Shown piece by piece: positions 41,411 to 52,534 of a stretch of 64,000 nucleotides of DNA. Below the pieces are notes generated by a model. That model was not told where the DNA came from and ran no database searches. It worked only from the letters and a program-made list of their open reading frames with translations. Each line of letters starts with the position of its first letter. Positions within the stretch are counted from its first letter, which is position 1. Source of the stretch: Cyanobacteriota bacterium (GTDB lineage: Bacteria > Cyanobacteriota > Cyanobacteriia > PCC-6307 > Cyanobiaceae); contig JBJOMY010000007.1 in NCBI GenBank assembly GCA_046052125.1, forward strand, positions 1 through 64,000, written 5' to 3'. Both the position numbers and the translations under genes were made by a program.

Positions 41411-43423
41411 ATGCCCTCGCCTGCCGAACTCGCCTGGCTGATCCCGGTCTTGCCCTTGGTGGGGGCTGCACTGGTGGGTTTGGGCCTGATCAGCTTCAAC
41501 CGCACCGTGAATCGGTTGCGAAAACCGGTGGCGCTGCTGCTGATCACCAGCGTGGGAGCGGCCGCCGTTCTCAGCTACGCCGTGTTGGCGCAGCAGCTGG
41601 CGGGGGCAGGCCCCACCGAAGTGTTGTTCAACTGGGCTAGCGCCGGCGCGTTCACCCTTGAGATGGGTTTCCGGGTGGACGCCCTGGGCGCCGTGATGCT
41701 GGCCCTGGTGACCACCATCGCCGTGCTGGTGATGGTGTACTCCGACGGCTACATGGCCCACGACAAGGGCTACGTGCGCTTTTTCACCTACCTGGCCCTG
41801 TTCAGCAGCTCGATGCTGGGCCTGGTGATCAGTCCCAACCTCCTGCAGATCTACGTGTTTTGGGAGCTGGTGGGCATGTGCTCCTACCTGCTCGTGGGCT
41901 TCTGGTACGACCGCGATGGCGCCGCCAACGCCGCCCAGAAGGCCTTTGTGGTGAACCGAGTGGGCGACTTCGGCCTGCTGCTGGGCATGCTCGGCCTGTT
42001 CTGGGCCACCGGCAGTTTTGGCTTTGAGCAGGTGGGCACAGGCCTGCAAGCCGCGATTGCCAATGGCAGCGTGTCGAACGGCATCGCTGTACTGCTCTGT
42101 CTGCTGGTGTTCATGGGGCCGATGGCGAAATCTGCCCAGTTCCCGCTTCACGTGTGGCTGCCCGATGCCATGGAGGGCCCCACACCGATCTCAGCCCTGA
42201 TTCACGCCGCCACGATGGTGGCGGCCGGCGTGTTCCTGGTGGCCCGGCTCCAACCCGTCTACGTGCCCTTCCCTGAAGTGCAGGTGGTGGTGGCCGTGAT
42301 CGGCACGATCACGCTGTTCCTGGGGGCCTCGATCGCCCTCACCCAGATGGATCTCAAGAAGGGCCTGGCCTACAGCACCGTGAGCCAGCTCGGCTACATG
42401 ATGCTGGCCATGGGCTGCGGCGCCCCGGTGGCCGGCATGTTCCACCTGGTGACCCACGCCTTCTTCAAGGCGATGCTCTTCCTGGGCTCCGGCTCGGTGA
42501 TCCACGCCATGGAAGAGGTGGTGGGCCACGAACCGGTGCTCGCCCAGGACATGCGCCTGATGGGCGGCCTGCGCAAACACATGCCGATCACCAGCAGCAC
42601 CTTCTTCATCGGCTGCCTGGCGATCAGCGGCATCCCGCCCCTGGCGGGCTTCTGGAGCAAGGACGAGATCCTCGGCCAAGCCTTCGGCAGCTTCCCGGTG
42701 CTGTGGGTGGCCGGCTTCATCACCGCCGGCATGACTGCCTTCTACATGTTCCGGCTCTACTTCCTCACCTTCGAGGGCAGCTTCCGGGGCAACGACAAAG
42801 CGATGCAGGCCCAGCTGATGGCCGCCGCAGGCAAAGGATCCGACGACCACGGCGATGACCATGGTCATGCCCACGCCGATCACCCCCACGAATCCGGCTG
42901 GCAGATGGCCATGCCTCTGGCGGTCCTGGCAGTGCCCTCAGCCCTGGTGGGTCTGTTGGGTGTGCCCTGGAACAGCCGCTTCGGCACCCTCCTCGATCCC
43001 CATGAAGCCGCCGAGGTGGCCGAACACTTCAGCTGGGGTGAATTCCTGCCCCTGGCCGGCGCTTCCGTTGGCATCTCCCTAGTTGGCATCACCGTGGCCG
43101 TGCTGGCCTACGCCCTGCGCAAGATCGATCTGGGCACCGCCGTCGCGGCGCGCTTCCCCACGATCAATGCCTTCCTGGCCAACAAGTGGTACCTCGATGC
43201 CATCAACGACAAGCTGTTCGTGCAGGGCAGCCGCAAGCTGGCCCGCTCGGTGCTCGAGGTCGACTCCAAGGTGGTGGACGGCGTGGTAAACCTCACCGGC
43301 CTGGTGACCCTCGGCAGCGGCGAAGGCCTCAAATACTTCGAAACCGGCCGCGCCCAGTTCTATGCCCTGATCGTGTTCGGCGGGGTGATCGCACTTGTGG
43401 TGCTGTTCGGAGCACTCGGTTGA
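41411..43423 (+). CDS. ndhF1: NDH-1 subunit 5 (F1)
   Basis: KAFVVNRVGD, KSAQFPLHVWLPDAMEGPTP, GFWSKDEI. Confidence 0.96.
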   Translation: MPSPAELAWLIPVLPLVGAALVGLGLISFNRTVNRLRKPVALLLITSVGAAAVLSYAVLAQQLAGAGPTEVLFNWASAGAFTLEMGFRVDALGAVMLALVTTIAVLVMVYSDGYMAHDKGYVRFFTYLALFSSSMLGLVISPNLLQIYVFWELVGMCSYLLVGFWYDRDGAANAAQKAFVVNRVGDFGLLLGMLGLFWATGSFGFEQVGTGLQAAIANGSVSNGIAVLLCLLVFMGPMAKSAQFPLHVWLPDAMEGPTPISALIHAATMVAAGVFLVARLQPVYVPFPEVQVVVAVIGTITLFLGASIALTQMDLKKGLAYSTVSQLGYMMLAMGCGAPVAGMFHLVTHAFFKAMLFLGSGSVIHAMEEVVGHEPVLAQDMRLMGGLRKHMPITSSTFFIGCLAISGIPPLAGFWSKDEILGQAFGSFPVLWVAGFITAGMTAFYMFRLYFLTFEGSFRGNDKAMQAQLMAAAGKGSDDHGDDHGHAHADHPHESGWQMAMPLAVLAVPSALVGLLGVPWNSRFGTLLDPHEAAEVAEHFSWGEFLPLAGASVGISLVGITVAVLAYALRKIDLGTAVAARFPTINAFLANKWYLDAINDKLFVQGSRKLARSVLEVDSKVVDGVVNLTGLVTLGSGEGLKYFETGRAQFYALIVFGGVIALVVLFGALG

Positions 43424-43424
43424 T

Positions 43425-43680
43425 GGTCTGAGGCGTTGCCCTTTCGCCGGCTGCCGCTCGCGCTGCGCGCGGCGGATGCCGGCTGCAGGGCAACGCCTCA
43501 GACCCTCCGCAGGCGGGTGCTGGCGCGAGGATGTGAGCCTCATGGGTCACGAAGCCGCCAGCGCCCGGCGGCCTCAGCCTGGTGAGGCTCTTTGGCAACA
43601 ACTCCTGGTGGCGGGTGTGTGTCCGCGGGGCGATGTCCGCCCCCAGCGGTGATCGCCCCGCGGACACACACCCCAGCCAC
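43425..43680. repeat. Cluster of long inverted repeats (18-, 12- and 22-bp stems) in the ndhF1-ndhD1 spacer
   Basis: 43425-43442/43487-43504 perfect; 43514-43525/43556-43567 with one G-U pair; 43613-43634/43652-43673 perfect. Confidence 0.9.
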
Positions 43681-43762
43681 AACGCTCTGTGTGACATCCG
43701 CCACGCCATCGATGCAGCAGCGGAAGTGATTTCTACACTCCGCCCAGAGCCGTTGCCCCTCT

Positions 43763-45394
43763 GTGCACCTGGATGTCGCCACGTTCCTGGCCACCACCGC
43801 AGGCCAGGGCAGCAGCACTGCCTTTCCGTGGCTGAGCGCCTCGATCCTGTTCCCGATCGGCGCCGCGCTCTGCATTCCGTTTGTGCCCGATGAGGGTGAT
43901 GGCAAGAAGGTGCGCTGGTTCGCCCTTGGCATCGCCCTGATCACCTTCCTGCTCACGGTGGGGGCCTACCTCACGGGCTACGACCCCAGCAACCCGGATC
44001 TGCAGCTGGTGGAGAAGGTGAGCTGGCTCCCGGATCTGGGGCTGGCCTGGTCGGTAGGGGCCGACGGTATCTCGATGCCACTGATCCTGCTCACCAGCTT
44101 CATCACCGCCCTGGCCGTGCTCGCCGCCTGGCCGGTGAGCTTCAAGCCAAAGCTGTTCTATTTCCTGTTGCTGGCGATGGACGGCGGCCAGATCGCCGTA
44201 TTCGCCGTCCAGGACATGCTCCTGTTCTTCCTGGCCTGGGAGCTGGAACTCCTCCCGGTCTATCTGCTGCTGGCCATCTGGGGCGGCAAAAAACGCCAGT
44301 ACGCCGCCACCAAATTCATCCTCTACACGGCCGGCAGCTCGCTGTTCATCCTGCTGGCGGGCCTGGCCATGGCCTTCTATGGCGGCCACATCAGCTTCGA
44401 CTACAGCGAGCTGATGGCCAAGGGCTTCCCGGTGAAGTTCCAGTTGCTGGCTTACGCGGGGCTGTTGATCGCCTTTGGGGTGAAGTTGCCGATCGTGCCG
44501 CTGCACACCTGGCTACCGGACGCCCACGGCGAAGCCACCGCTCCGGTGCACATGCTGCTGGCGGGCATCCTGCTGAAGATGGGCGGCTACGCCCTGCTGC
44601 GCTTCAACTGCCAGATCCTTCCCGATGCCCATGCGGTGTTTGCGCCGCTCTTGGTGGTGCTGGGGGTGGTGAACATCATTTACGCCGCGCTCACCTCCTT
44701 TGCGCAGCGCAACCTCAAACGCAAGATCGCCTACAGCTCGATCAGCCACATGGGCTTCGTGTTGATCGGCATCGGCAGCTTCAGCGCCCTGGGCTCCAGT
44801 GGCGCCATGCTCCAGATGATCAGCCACGGCCTGATCGGCGCTTCGCTGTTCTTCCTGGTGGGGGCCACCTACGACCGCACCCACACCCTCCAGCTCGATG
44901 AGATGGGGGGCGTGGGCCAGAAGATGCGCAAGATGTTTGCCCTCTGGACGGTCTGCTCGCTTGCCTCACTCGCCCTGCCGGGGATGAGTGGTTTTGTGAG
45001 TGAGCTGATGGTGTTTGTGGGCTTCGCCACCGATGACGCCTACACCCTGCCGTTCCGGGTGGCCGTGGATGGCTTGGCGGCAATTGGCGTGATCCTCACG
45101 CCGATCTACCTGCTCTCGATGCTGCGGGAGATCTTCTACGGCCAGGAAAAAGCGGAGCTCGTGGGGCACACCAACCTGGTGGATGCCGAGCCGCGCGAGA
45201 TCTACATCATTGGCTGCCTGCTGGTGCCGATCATCGGCATCGGCCTCTACCCCCGCCTGATGACCGACAGCTACAAGGCCTCGATGGAGGTGCTGGTGGC
45301 ACGCGATGAAAGCGCCATGAAAGCGATGAACGCTCCGGCGGGGGCGGGCCTGATTCGCCAGGCTCCCTTGAGAGCGCCGGCTCTGGCTGGGTAA
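43763..45394 (+). CDS. ndhD1: NDH-1 subunit 4 (D1)
   Basis: [50 protein letters not shown] -10 box at 43734-43739. Confidence 0.95.
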   Translation: MHLDVATFLATTAGQGSSTAFPWLSASILFPIGAALCIPFVPDEGDGKKVRWFALGIALITFLLTVGAYLTGYDPSNPDLQLVEKVSWLPDLGLAWSVGADGISMPLILLTSFITALAVLAAWPVSFKPKLFYFLLLAMDGGQIAVFAVQDMLLFFLAWELELLPVYLLLAIWGGKKRQYAATKFILYTAGSSLFILLAGLAMAFYGGHISFDYSELMAKGFPVKFQLLAYAGLLIAFGVKLPIVPLHTWLPDAHGEATAPVHMLLAGILLKMGGYALLRFNCQILPDAHAVFAPLLVVLGVVNIIYAALTSFAQRNLKRKIAYSSISHMGFVLIGIGSFSALGSSGAMLQMISHGLIGASLFFLVGATYDRTHTLQLDEMGGVGQKMRKMFALWTVCSLASLALPGMSGFVSELMVFVGFATDDAYTLPFRVAVDGLAAIGVILTPIYLLSMLREIFYGQEKAELVGHTNLVDAEPREIYIIGCLLVPIIGIGLYPRLMTDSYKASMEVLVARDESAMKAMNAPAGAGLIRQAPLRAPALAG

Positions 45395-45481
45395 CAAAGC
45401 TTTCAGGCTCTCGCCCCAGCGTTGAACATCGCCGATCGAGCTTCGTAATCTCGGGCTCCAGGATTCCGCACCAACCGATCG

Positions 45482-45841
45482 ATGAAGCAGCTGAACTTCC
45501 TGCTGATCTTCAGCTTCGGCCTCGCCATGGTGATGTTCACGCTGGAGAACACCGCCGCCACCACGGTTCAGTTCCTGCCCGGGCTGAGTGCCACCCTGCC
45601 GCTTGCAGCCCTACTGCTGCTCGTGGGTGGCATCGGCGCGACCGCCGCCTGGGTGTTTGCCGTGTGGACCGGTGTGGTGAAGCGGGTGGAAAGCCAAGTG
45701 GATCCCGGTGAGATGGAAGCGCAGCAGGTGCGCATCCGCGAGCTTGAACAAGACGTGCAGCGCTACCGAGCCACCGTGGATGCTCAGCTGGGGCTATTGC
45801 CGGCAGCCGGAGAGAGTTCAGCCCAGAGCGAAGCCGCCTGA
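45482..45841 (+). CDS. LapA-domain (DUF1049-like) membrane protein
   Basis: Two TM segments with FTLEN followed by a coiled coil. Confidence 0.75.
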   Translation: MKQLNFLLIFSFGLAMVMFTLENTAATTVQFLPGLSATLPLAALLLLVGGIGATAAWVFAVWTGVVKRVESQVDPGEMEAQQVRIRELEQDVQRYRATVDAQLGLLPAAGESSAQSEAA

Positions 45842-45906
45842 AATCCAGCTCTGGCCTGGCTTTTCAGGCTCATAGCCGATAAGGTCGGACGAGTTCAGGC
45901 GGATCC

Positions 45907-46788
45907 GTGGCCACAGATGGCGCCAGGCTGGCCATCCGCCTGTTGCAGGACGCCGCGGAACGAGGCGAACTGGACCCCTGGGATGTGGACGTGATCGCCG
46001 TTGTGGACGGCTTTCTCGACCAATTGCGCCAACGGATTGAAGTGCCCAGGCTCGTAGCCGCCATGGGCCGGGGCGGCAGCTACGAACAAGACCTCGCCGA
46101 AACCAGCGAGGCCTTCCTGGCCGCTTCGATGCTGGTGAGCCTGAAGGCGGAGGTGCTGGAGGCACAAACCTTCCCGCCGGAGCCCCTCGCCGAGGACGAC
46201 TTCAGCTTCGACTTCGATGCCGAAGGGCAGGGCTGGCTGCTCAGCCCCGGCGTGGAACTGCCCAGGCGCCCGGAGCGGCATCTGCTGCGGCGGCCTGTGG
46301 CGCCGCCGCCCCTGCAACGCCCGGTGACCCTGGGGGAACTGATCCGCCAGCTGGAGGACATCGCCGAGCGCCTTGAGCAGGACGAGGTGCAGCGCAGCAA
46401 GCGCCAACGCAGCAAGCGCTACAGCGATCGGGCGGTGATCGAGCAGGTGGCAGCCCTGGCCCACCGCGAGAAGCTGCCGGAAACCACCGCCGCCCTCAGT
46501 CAGTTCCTGCTGCAGTGGCCCCAATCTCTGGAGTGGACCTGCTTCGAAGGCCTCGTGCAGGAGTGGCGGGCCGTTGCCCCGGCCGATCTGGATAGCGATC
46601 GGGTGGGGGTGTTCTGGGCTCTGTTGTTTCTCTGCTCCCAGGGAAAGGTGGAGCTGGAGCAGCAGGGGGGATTGTTTGGGCCGTTGCAGCTCAAGCGGCT
46701 GCTCGATGAGCGTGAGAGCGTGCAGTTGCCCCTGCCTGCAGAACTGGGGTCAGCTCGGGGGCCGGCTCGAGAGCCGCTTGCGGCCTAG
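45907..46788 (+). CDS. scpA: Segregation and condensation protein A
   Basis: GELDPWDVDVI, RPVTLGELI, LAHREKLPE, VGVFWALLFL. Confidence 0.88.
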   Translation: MATDGARLAIRLLQDAAERGELDPWDVDVIAVVDGFLDQLRQRIEVPRLVAAMGRGGSYEQDLAETSEAFLAASMLVSLKAEVLEAQTFPPEPLAEDDFSFDFDAEGQGWLLSPGVELPRRPERHLLRRPVAPPPLQRPVTLGELIRQLEDIAERLEQDEVQRSKRQRSKRYSDRAVIEQVAALAHREKLPETTAALSQFLLQWPQSLEWTCFEGLVQEWRAVAPADLDSDRVGVFWALLFLCSQGKVELEQQGGLFGPLQLKRLLDERESVQLPLPAELGSARGPAREPLAA

Positions 46789-46834
46789 TCGTGGTGCGTA
46801 AGGTGGCTGGACTCACCGAAAGCAGACAGCGCCG

Positions 46835-48016
46835 ATGAAGGCGATGATCCTGGCGGCCGGTAAGGGGACCCGGGTGCGACCGATCACCCACATCGTCCCC
46901 AAACCGATGATTCCCATCCTTCAGAAACCCGTGATGGAGTTTCTGCTGGAGCTGCTGCGGGAACACGGCTTCACCGAAATCATGGTGAATGTCTCCCACT
47001 TGGCTGAGGAGATTGAGAACTACTTTCGCGATGGCCAGCGCTTCGGCGTGGAAATCGCTTACAGCTTTGAAGGCCGCATCGAAGACGGCCAGCTGATCGG
47101 TGATGCCCTCGGATCCGCCGGCGGACTGAAGAAGATCCAAACCTTCCAGCGCTTCTTCGACGACACCTTCGTGGTGCTCTGCGGCGATGCCCTGATCGAT
47201 CTCGATCTGAGCGAAGCGGTGCGGCGCCACAAGGCCAAAGGGGCCATGGCCAGCCTGATCACCAAGCGCGTGCCGCGCGATCAGGTGAGCAGCTATGGCG
47301 TGGTGGTGACCGATGCCGACGGCCGGGTGCGCTCCTTCCAGGAGAAGCCGGCGGTGGATGAAGCCGCTAGCGACATGATCAACACCGGCATCTACATCTT
47401 CGAGCCCGAGGTGCTCGATTATGTGCCGGAGGGCGTGCCCTTCGACATCGGTTCGGATCTGTTTCCGCGCCTGGTGGCCGACGATGCCGCCTTCTACGCC
47501 CTGCCGATGGAATTCGAATGGGTGGATATCGGCAAAGTGCCCGATTACTGGCAGGCGATCCGCAGCGTGCTGCAGGGCCAGGTGCGGCAGGTGCAGATCC
47601 CCGGCAAGGAGGTGCGCCCGGGCATCTACGCCGGCCTCAATGTGGCCGCTAACTGGGACAAGATCAATGTGCAGGGCCCCATCTACGTGGGCGGCATGAG
47701 CCGCATCGAAGACGGCGCCACGATCATTGGCCCGGCAATGATTGGCCCCAGCTGCCACATCTGCGAGGGCGCCACGATCGATAACTCGATCATCTTCGAT
47801 TACTCCAGGATTGGCCCAGGCGTGCGGCTGGTGGAGAAGCTGGTGTTCGGCCGCTACTGCGTGGACCGCAATGGTGACCACTTCGACCTGCAGGAAGCAG
47901 CGCTCGACTGGCTGATCACCGATGTGCGCCGCCAGGATCACGTGAGCCCCTCACCGCAGCAGAAAGCCATGGCCGAACTACTCGGCACCGATCTGGCGAT
48001 CAGCAACGCGAGCTGA
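46835..48016 (+). CDS. cugP: NDP-sugar pyrophosphorylase, cyanobacterial UDP-glucose pyrophosphorylase CugP-like
   Basis: MKAMILAAGKGTRVRP, AYSFEG, FQEKP, left-handed beta-helix tail. Confidence 0.82.
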   Translation: MKAMILAAGKGTRVRPITHIVPKPMIPILQKPVMEFLLELLREHGFTEIMVNVSHLAEEIENYFRDGQRFGVEIAYSFEGRIEDGQLIGDALGSAGGLKKIQTFQRFFDDTFVVLCGDALIDLDLSEAVRRHKAKGAMASLITKRVPRDQVSSYGVVVTDADGRVRSFQEKPAVDEAASDMINTGIYIFEPEVLDYVPEGVPFDIGSDLFPRLVADDAAFYALPMEFEWVDIGKVPDYWQAIRSVLQGQVRQVQIPGKEVRPGIYAGLNVAANWDKINVQGPIYVGGMSRIEDGATIIGPAMIGPSCHICEGATIDNSIIFDYSRIGPGVRLVEKLVFGRYCVDRNGDHFDLQEAALDWLITDVRRQDHVSPSPQQKAMAELLGTDLAISNAS

Positions 48017-48920
48017 TTCCAGCGCGCTCCAGGATCAGGGGAATGCGTTCCTCGGCTTTCACCGCCATCAGGTGCACGCCCTGGGCAATGCCCGCGTAAG
48101 CAGCCACCTGCTCAGCGGCGATGCTGATGCCCTCATCGGCGGGATTGGCAGCCGCCGCCAGCCTGTCGACGATCGTTTGTGGGATGTTCGCGCCTGGCAC
48201 CACGCGGTTGATGAAGGCGGCATTTTTGGCCGACTTGAGCAGAAACACCCCGGCCAGCACCGGCAGGCCCAAAGGGCCGGTGATCTCACCCACAAAGCGC
48301 CGCAGGCACTCGCTGTCCATCACCATCTGGGTTTGAAGGAAGCGTGCGCCGGCTTGATGCTTGCGGGCGATCCGGCTCTTGAGGCCACTCCAGCTGGGGC
48401 TCTGGGGATCGGCGGCGGCACCGGGGAACAGAGCCGTCGGCCCATCGGGCAAGGCACCCTGCACAGGATCCACGCCCTGATTGAACGCCTGCAGCTGCTG
48501 CAACAGCCGCACGGATTCGAGCTCATTCACCGGCCGGGCCCCAGGCTGATCACCCGCCCGCACCGGATCACCAGTGAGGCAAAGCACGTTGCGGATTCCA
48601 AGGGCATGGGCGCCAAGCAGATCGGCTTGCAGGCCAATGCGATTGCGATCGCGGCAGGCCAGCTGCCACACAGGCTCAATCCCCTCATCGAGCAACAGAC
48701 GGCAGACCGCCAGGCTGCTCATCCGCATCACGGCACGGCTGCCATCGGTGACATTCACCGCATGCACCAGGCCTTTGAGGGCGCGGGCGTGGGAGAGGGT
48801 GCCGCTGGCATCCCCTCCCCGTGGCGGCATCACCTCGGCTGTGATGGCAAGCGAGCCCACCTCCAGTGCCTGCTGCAGCCCCAAAACGCCTTGGTTCAGA
48901 TGCTGGCCATCATCGGCCAC
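48000..48920 (-). CDS. metF: 5,10-methylenetetrahydrofolate reductase
   Basis: TAEVMPPRG, NVTDGSRA, CRDRNRIGLQ, LTGDP, FLQTQ. Confidence 0.92.
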   Translation of the reverse strand: MADDGQHLNQGVLGLQQALEVGSLAITAEVMPPRGGDASGTLSHARALKGLVHAVNVTDGSRAVMRMSSLAVCRLLLDEGIEPVWQLACRDRNRIGLQADLLGAHALGIRNVLCLTGDPVRAGDQPGARPVNELESVRLLQQLQAFNQGVDPVQGALPDGPTALFPGAAADPQSPSWSGLKSRIARKHQAGARFLQTQMVMDSECLRRFVGEITGPLGLPVLAGVFLLKSAKNAAFINRVVPGANIPQTIVDRLAAAANPADEGISIAAEQVAAYAGIAQGVHLMAVKAEERIPLILERAGISSRC

Positions 48921-48977
48921 AGCCCTGTCCGCACAGCGCCACTCTCCCTAGAGTGAGGCCTCGGCCGGCGGGCGTGG

Positions 48978-49220
48978 ATGGATCTCTCGGAGCGCGAACT
49001 GGAGATCATCGATCTGGTGGCTCAGGGGCTCACCAACCAGGAAATCGGCGAGCGGCTGATGATCAGCAAGCGCACGGTGGATAACCACGTGAGCAATGTG
49101 TTCACCAAAACGGGCGCCAAAAACCGGGTGGCCCTGCTGAACTGGGCCATGGATCACGGCAAGATCTGCCGGGACGGCTTCAACTGCTGCAACCTGCCTC
49201 AGGAGGGCGGGGCCGGCTGA
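48978..49220 (+). CDS. pedR: Redox-responsive small LuxR regulator PedR
   Basis: LSERELEII..GLTNQEI..ISKRTVDNHVSN..WAMDHGKIC..FNCC. Confidence 0.88.
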   Translation: MDLSERELEIIDLVAQGLTNQEIGERLMISKRTVDNHVSNVFTKTGAKNRVALLNWAMDHGKICRDGFNCCNLPQEGGAG

Positions 49221-49390
49221 GCGCCAGAACGCTGCGTGATTTGCTCCCGCGCCAGGCTCGGCTCATGCACCAGGGGCTCCAGGCTGAAGCTGCCCTCCGC
49301 CAGAGCAAAGAGCTCGGCATAGGCCAGGCAGTCGGCCAGGTCGCGGCCGCTGAAACGCAACAACCCTTGCTGGTCGTAGAGCCCCAGCAC
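49199..49390 (-). CDS. Small hypothetical protein
   Basis: GLYDQQGLLRF..CLAYAELF resembles a small conserved picocyanobacterial protein; fills the gap. Confidence 0.55.
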   Translation of the reverse strand: MLGLYDQQGLLRFSGRDLADCLAYAELFALAEGSFSLEPLVHEPSLAREQITQRSGAQPAPPS

Positions 49391-49418
49391 CAGCCGCCCT
49401 CAAATCCTTAAAAGAATC

Positions 49419-49937
49419 CTAAGCCTGTGGAACGCTGAGCTTTGCCAGCCAGGGCGCCTGCTCGGCCATTGACCAGTGCTGAAACGGGTGCTGGGCAAGC
49501 GCTGCATTGCTGAACACACCCAGGCCCGTGATCTCACAGCCACACCATGGCGGGATGGCCACCGCCGCCTGCTCATGCTCCAGCTCCACTTCAGCGATCA
49601 CCAGCGGTGCGTTCTCCGCTTCAAACACATCGAGAACCCACTCACCGCCAGGAAGATCCAGCCCAAAGCGAGCCTTGATCAGCCTGGCTTCGCTGCGCTC
49701 GAGTAGGGCCTCAGCATCGAGGGGTGGGATCGCGTATTCGAACTCATGGCGGGCAATGCCGGCCGCGGGATATTTGAGCGTGATCCAGGCAGAACCGGCG
49801 CCATCGCTGCGTACCCTCAGGGTGAGACCGTCCGCCGAGCCAGCCAGATAGCCCTGCTGCAGGCTTCGGCTCCAGGACACGTGCGGCCTCCAGCCATCGC
49901 CAGCCACGAGAAAACGCCGCTCGATCTCCAGGGCCAT
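49419..49937 (-). CDS. CYTH-domain protein
   Basis: EIERRFLV, QGYL, LRVR, EFEYAIP, AEVEL. Confidence 0.9.
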   Translation of the reverse strand: MALEIERRFLVAGDGWRPHVSWSRSLQQGYLAGSADGLTLRVRSDGAGSAWITLKYPAAGIARHEFEYAIPPLDAEALLERSEARLIKARFGLDLPGGEWVLDVFEAENAPLVIAEVELEHEQAAVAIPPWCGCEITGLGVFSNAALAQHPFQHWSMAEQAPWLAKLSVPQA

Positions 49938-49967
49938 GGAATCCTTCGCGAATGAGAGGGGTAAGGC

Positions 49968-50879
49968 TCAGTTGGGGGAGGGTTCTGCAGCCGTGAGGCT
50001 GCCGGCCCAGTGCAGTTTGCGACTGAGGGTGCGGTAGTACGAGGGGTTTTGCTCGAGCAGCACCATCAGGGCGTGGTGCGGCGAGCGGCGCACATCGCAG
50101 CGATCGCCAGGCTCCAGCACGGTGGCGTGGGCGCCGTCGTTCCAGAGGCGCACCCGCCGGCTCACCTCACCCAGGGGCCACACCGCCAGCTGCGCCCGCG
50201 GCGGCACCACAACCGGCCGGCTGGAGAGGCTCATCGGGCAGATCGGATTCACCACGATCGCCTCCACCCCCGGGTGCAGGATCGGACCACCGGCCGCCAT
50301 GGAATACCCCGTGGAGCCCGTGGCTGTGGAAATGATCAGCCCATCGCCACGGTATTGATCCACCACCTCACCATCGATTTCCAGCTCGAGCACGCAGGTG
50401 GGCGACACCTCATCGAGGCCAGGCCGGAAATAGAAATCATTGAGGGCCACATACACCGCGTCGCTGCGATCGGTGCTGGCCTCCAGCATCATGCGGCGCT
50501 CGAGCGCAAAGCGATCGTCGCGTAAGCGCTCCCACAGATCACTCTCGCCATCAGGGCCAGCGCCCTGGCTCAACAGCTTGCGCTCATGGGTGAGAAAGCC
50601 AAAGTGCCCGCCCACGTTGAAACACAAGATCGGTACCCCAAGAGGCGCCAGATGACGGGCCGCTCCGAGCACGGTGCCATCACCACCCAGCACGACCGCC
50701 AGATCCGGCGGACCACCTTCGTCGGCCAGTAAACCCGGAAACGGATTGGCCGTGGCGCCACTCATGGCTACGGCCACCTTCACCCCTTGCTCCCGCAAGG
50801 TTTCTGCACTGCGACGGGCCTGGCGCAAGGCTGCCTGACTGGCAGCCCTGTGAATCAACCAAACAGTCTCAAGGCGCAT
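49968..50879 (-). CDS. nadK: NAD kinase
   Basis: [31 protein letters not shown]. Confidence 0.95.
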   Translation of the reverse strand: MRLETVWLIHRAASQAALRQARRSAETLREQGVKVAVAMSGATANPFPGLLADEGGPPDLAVVLGGDGTVLGAARHLAPLGVPILCFNVGGHFGFLTHERKLLSQGAGPDGESDLWERLRDDRFALERRMMLEASTDRSDAVYVALNDFYFRPGLDEVSPTCVLELEIDGEVVDQYRGDGLIISTATGSTGYSMAAGGPILHPGVEAIVVNPICPMSLSSRPVVVPPRAQLAVWPLGEVSRRVRLWNDGAHATVLEPGDRCDVRRSPHHALMVLLEQNPSYYRTLSRKLHWAGSLTAAEPSPN

Positions 50880-50906
50880 GGCACGCGGGCAGTGCCCCCA
50901 GCCTGC

Positions 50907-51236
50907 CTACCAACGCAGCAAATTGAAGCGCTCCATGTCGACCGTCTCACGGTTGCGGTAGAGCGAGAGCAGGATCGCCAGACCCACAGCGGCCTCAGCA
51001 GCCGCCACGGTGATCACAAAGATGGTGAACACCTGGCCGCGGATCAGCTGACCATCGAGGTAGCTGGAGAAGGCCATCAGATTGATGTTCACGGCGTTGA
51101 GCATCAATTCAATGCTCATCAGCACCCGCACGGCGTTGCGGCTGTTGATCAAACCCCAGACACCTGTGCAGAACAGGATCGCCGCGAGAGCCAGGTAGGC
51201 CTGCAGGGGAACAGTGGTGGGCAGCTCGAGGTTCAT
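50907..51236 (-). CDS. ndhE: NDH-1 subunit 4L
   Basis: [29 protein letters not shown]. Confidence 0.98.
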   Translation of the reverse strand: MNLELPTTVPLQAYLALAAILFCTGVWGLINSRNAVRVLMSIELMLNAVNINLMAFSSYLDGQLIRGQVFTIFVITVAAAEAAVGLAILLSLYRNRETVDMERFNLLRW

Positions 51237-51835
51237 CAGTTGGTTTTCTCCAGCAGCAGAGGAGTGCGGGATTTTTCGATCAGGCCCTGATCAGCGGGCT
51301 CGCCGGTGGAGATGTCGGACGTCATCACATCGCGGCGGGCCAGCACGATCGCACCGATCATGGCCATCAGCAGCAGCACCGAGGCCAGCTCGAACGGCAA
51401 GAGGTAATCGCTGAAGAGGTGCTCACCGATGCGGATCGTGGCTTCCTCACCCACCGGCTCAGGACCGGGGGTGGCCCAAGGGGTGGTGAAGGCGACCCGC
51501 AACAGCAGCGTGAACAAACCGGCGCAAACCGCACCGGAGAGCAGGCGCCGCAGCCCCAAGCCGGGGATCGCCGAAAGATCTTCCTTCTTGTTCACGAGCA
51601 TGATCGCGAACAGGATCAGCACGTTCACCGCGCCCACGTAGACGAGCACCTGAGCCGCGGCCACGAAACTGGCATTGAGCAGCAGGTAGAGACCCGCCAC
51701 CGACAGGAACACCCCGCCAAGCAGAAAGGCGGAATACACGATGTTGGGCAGGAGCACCACACCGAGGGCACCGATGGCTACCACAGCCGAAAGCACCGTG
51801 AAGCAGATCAGCTGCGTGGAGGAGGCAATGGTCAT
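51236..51835 (-). CDS. ndhG: NDH-1 subunit 6
   Basis: [35 protein letters not shown]. Confidence 0.97.
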   Translation of the reverse strand: MTIASSTQLICFTVLSAVVAIGALGVVLLPNIVYSAFLLGGVFLSVAGLYLLLNASFVAAAQVLVYVGAVNVLILFAIMLVNKKEDLSAIPGLGLRRLLSGAVCAGLFTLLLRVAFTTPWATPGPEPVGEEATIRIGEHLFSDYLLPFELASVLLLMAMIGAIVLARRDVMTSDISTGEPADQGLIEKSRTPLLLEKTN

Positions 51836-52470
51836 CAGGCGTTCTCCTCGCTAGCGGCAGGGGCAGTTTGGCTCTTAGCCGGCTCAGGCTTGGGCAGAGT
51901 TTCCAGCACCTGGGCGGGCAGCTGACCGGCCCGCGGGCGCTTGGGATCCACGCCGTGAGGGTCGAGCTCGCCTTTGGGCAGATAGGCCAGCTCGCGCAGG
52001 GGGATCACCGCGGGATCGCTGGTGACGCTCGTGGGCAGACGTCCGAGGGCGATGTTGTCGTAGTTGAGGCTGTGGCGATCGAAGGCGGCCAGCTCGTACT
52101 CCTCAGTCATCGAGAGGCAGTTGGTGGGGCAGTACTCCACGCAGTTGCCGCAGAAGATGCACACCCCGAAATCGATCGAGTAGTTGCGCAGCTCCTTCTT
52201 CTTGGTGGCTTTGTTCATGACCCAATCCACCACAGGCAGGTTGATCGGGCACACCCGCACACACACCTCGCAGGCGATGCACTTATCGAACTCGTAGTGA
52301 ATCCGCCCCCTGTAGCGCTCCGAGGGGATCAGCTTCTCGTAGGGGTACTGAACCGTGATCGGGCGGCGGCGCAGGTGGTCGAAGGTGACCGACAACCCCT
52401 GGGTCAGGTAGTTGGCTGCACCCACGGCATCGCGGGTGTAGTCACCGACTTTTTTGAGGAACCCGAACAT
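51835..52470 (-). CDS. ndhI: NDH-1 subunit I (2x 4Fe-4S)
   Basis: [12 protein letters not shown] and [12 protein letters not shown]. Confidence 0.98.
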   Translation of the reverse strand: MFGFLKKVGDYTRDAVGAANYLTQGLSVTFDHLRRRPITVQYPYEKLIPSERYRGRIHYEFDKCIACEVCVRVCPINLPVVDWVMNKATKKKELRNYSIDFGVCIFCGNCVEYCPTNCLSMTEEYELAAFDRHSLNYDNIALGRLPTSVTSDPAVIPLRELAYLPKGELDPHGVDPKRPRAGQLPAQVLETLPKPEPAKSQTAPAASEENA

Positions 52471-52534
52471 GAACAGGCGAGCAGGGGCGGAGACGCCGGC
52501 ACCATGATGGCCCGGCCTGAAGGAAGGCTGGGGA

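Noticed and set aside
42840..42895. His/Asp-rich loop in NdhF1 (DDHGDDHGHAHADHPHES), and the HAHGGH loop in CtaA
   Set aside because: His-rich loops at these positions are common in NuoL/NdhF and cyanobacterial Cu-ATPases.
43329..43956. ORFs spanning the ndhF1-ndhD1 spacer
   Set aside because: They overlap the flanking genes, have Arg/Pro/Ala-rich shadow composition and show no motif; the palindromes explain the region better.
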